Positions 63,587-64,000 of a stretch of 64,000 nucleotides of DNA are shown in pieces (position 1 is the first letter of the stretch; each line of letters opens with the position of its first letter). The notes under the pieces are model-generated. The model was not told the DNA's origin. It saw only the letters and a program-made list of their open reading frames with translations, and ran no database searches. The stretch lies in NCBI GenBank assembly GCA_047967505.1, contig CM106538.1; one strand, written 5' to 3'. Made by a program: the position numbers and the translations under genes. The stretch comes from Dipteris shenzhenensis (Eukaryota).

Positions 63587-64000
63587 TGTATGTTGTGTAT
63601 GCTATGTAGTTACAGGAATCCCATTTCCACATTGTGTAATTCAATTCTTACAGCCAACCACATTTTAATTAGCACTCTTGCAAGCATGTCTATAGCCGAC
63701 AATTACAATTGCATATAAAACATTACAACTCCAAAACGTTTAGTTCACAAGGCATTAATTGATAGAACATTGCACAAGAAAATTGAAAGCTCAAAAAGTG
63801 CTTGTATGTACATATAGCACGAAGCTAAGCCACGTCCTATGGCTTCAAGTACCAAAAATAAGAGGAGTGTATATACAAGAGGCACGAATCCAAGCCTGTG
63901 GCTTTAAGTACAAAAAAGAGTAGCTAGCACTACTTCTACGACTAATCTAAGTTCTCCACATCCTCGCTCCCTTCTATGCTCCCTTCTGCGCTCCCTTCTC

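Overview
This is a eukaryotic, plant-type, transposon-saturated region with no intact host gene, RNA gene or CRISPR array that I can support. Spliceosomal introns, tRNA-iMet-primed Ty1/copia elements and Sola-type DDD transposases suggest a seed-free land plant such as a fern or lycophyte (inference). Contents: at least three copia families (one full-length, 18524-23699); a young 2.1-kb LTR element with a perfect TSD and no recognisable gag/pol; three decayed Sola1/DUF7869-like transposase genes; one intron-containing Sola2-like transposase; two hAT remnants; a MITE with an 8-bp TSD; a ~355-bp satellite; foldback and minisatellite arrays; and two kinase pseudogene fragments. Two observations stand out. 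(1) A ~19.7-kb inversion (38773-58514) splits one copia element inside its integrase. This is supported by a matching TCTCC TSD, a rejoinable host LTR and an unbroken sister copy. (2) A multi-exon gene (45840-49480, minus) appears to fuse a degenerate beta-class N6A/N4C DNA-methyltransferase-like domain to tandem Ulp1/C48-like proteases. It lies head-to-head with Sola1-like elements that carry a TNP1/En/Spm-like N-terminal domain and a BAH-like C-terminal domain, which may be an undescribed cargo-carrying DNA transposon family. All domain calls are by-eye motif recognition; no searches were run.
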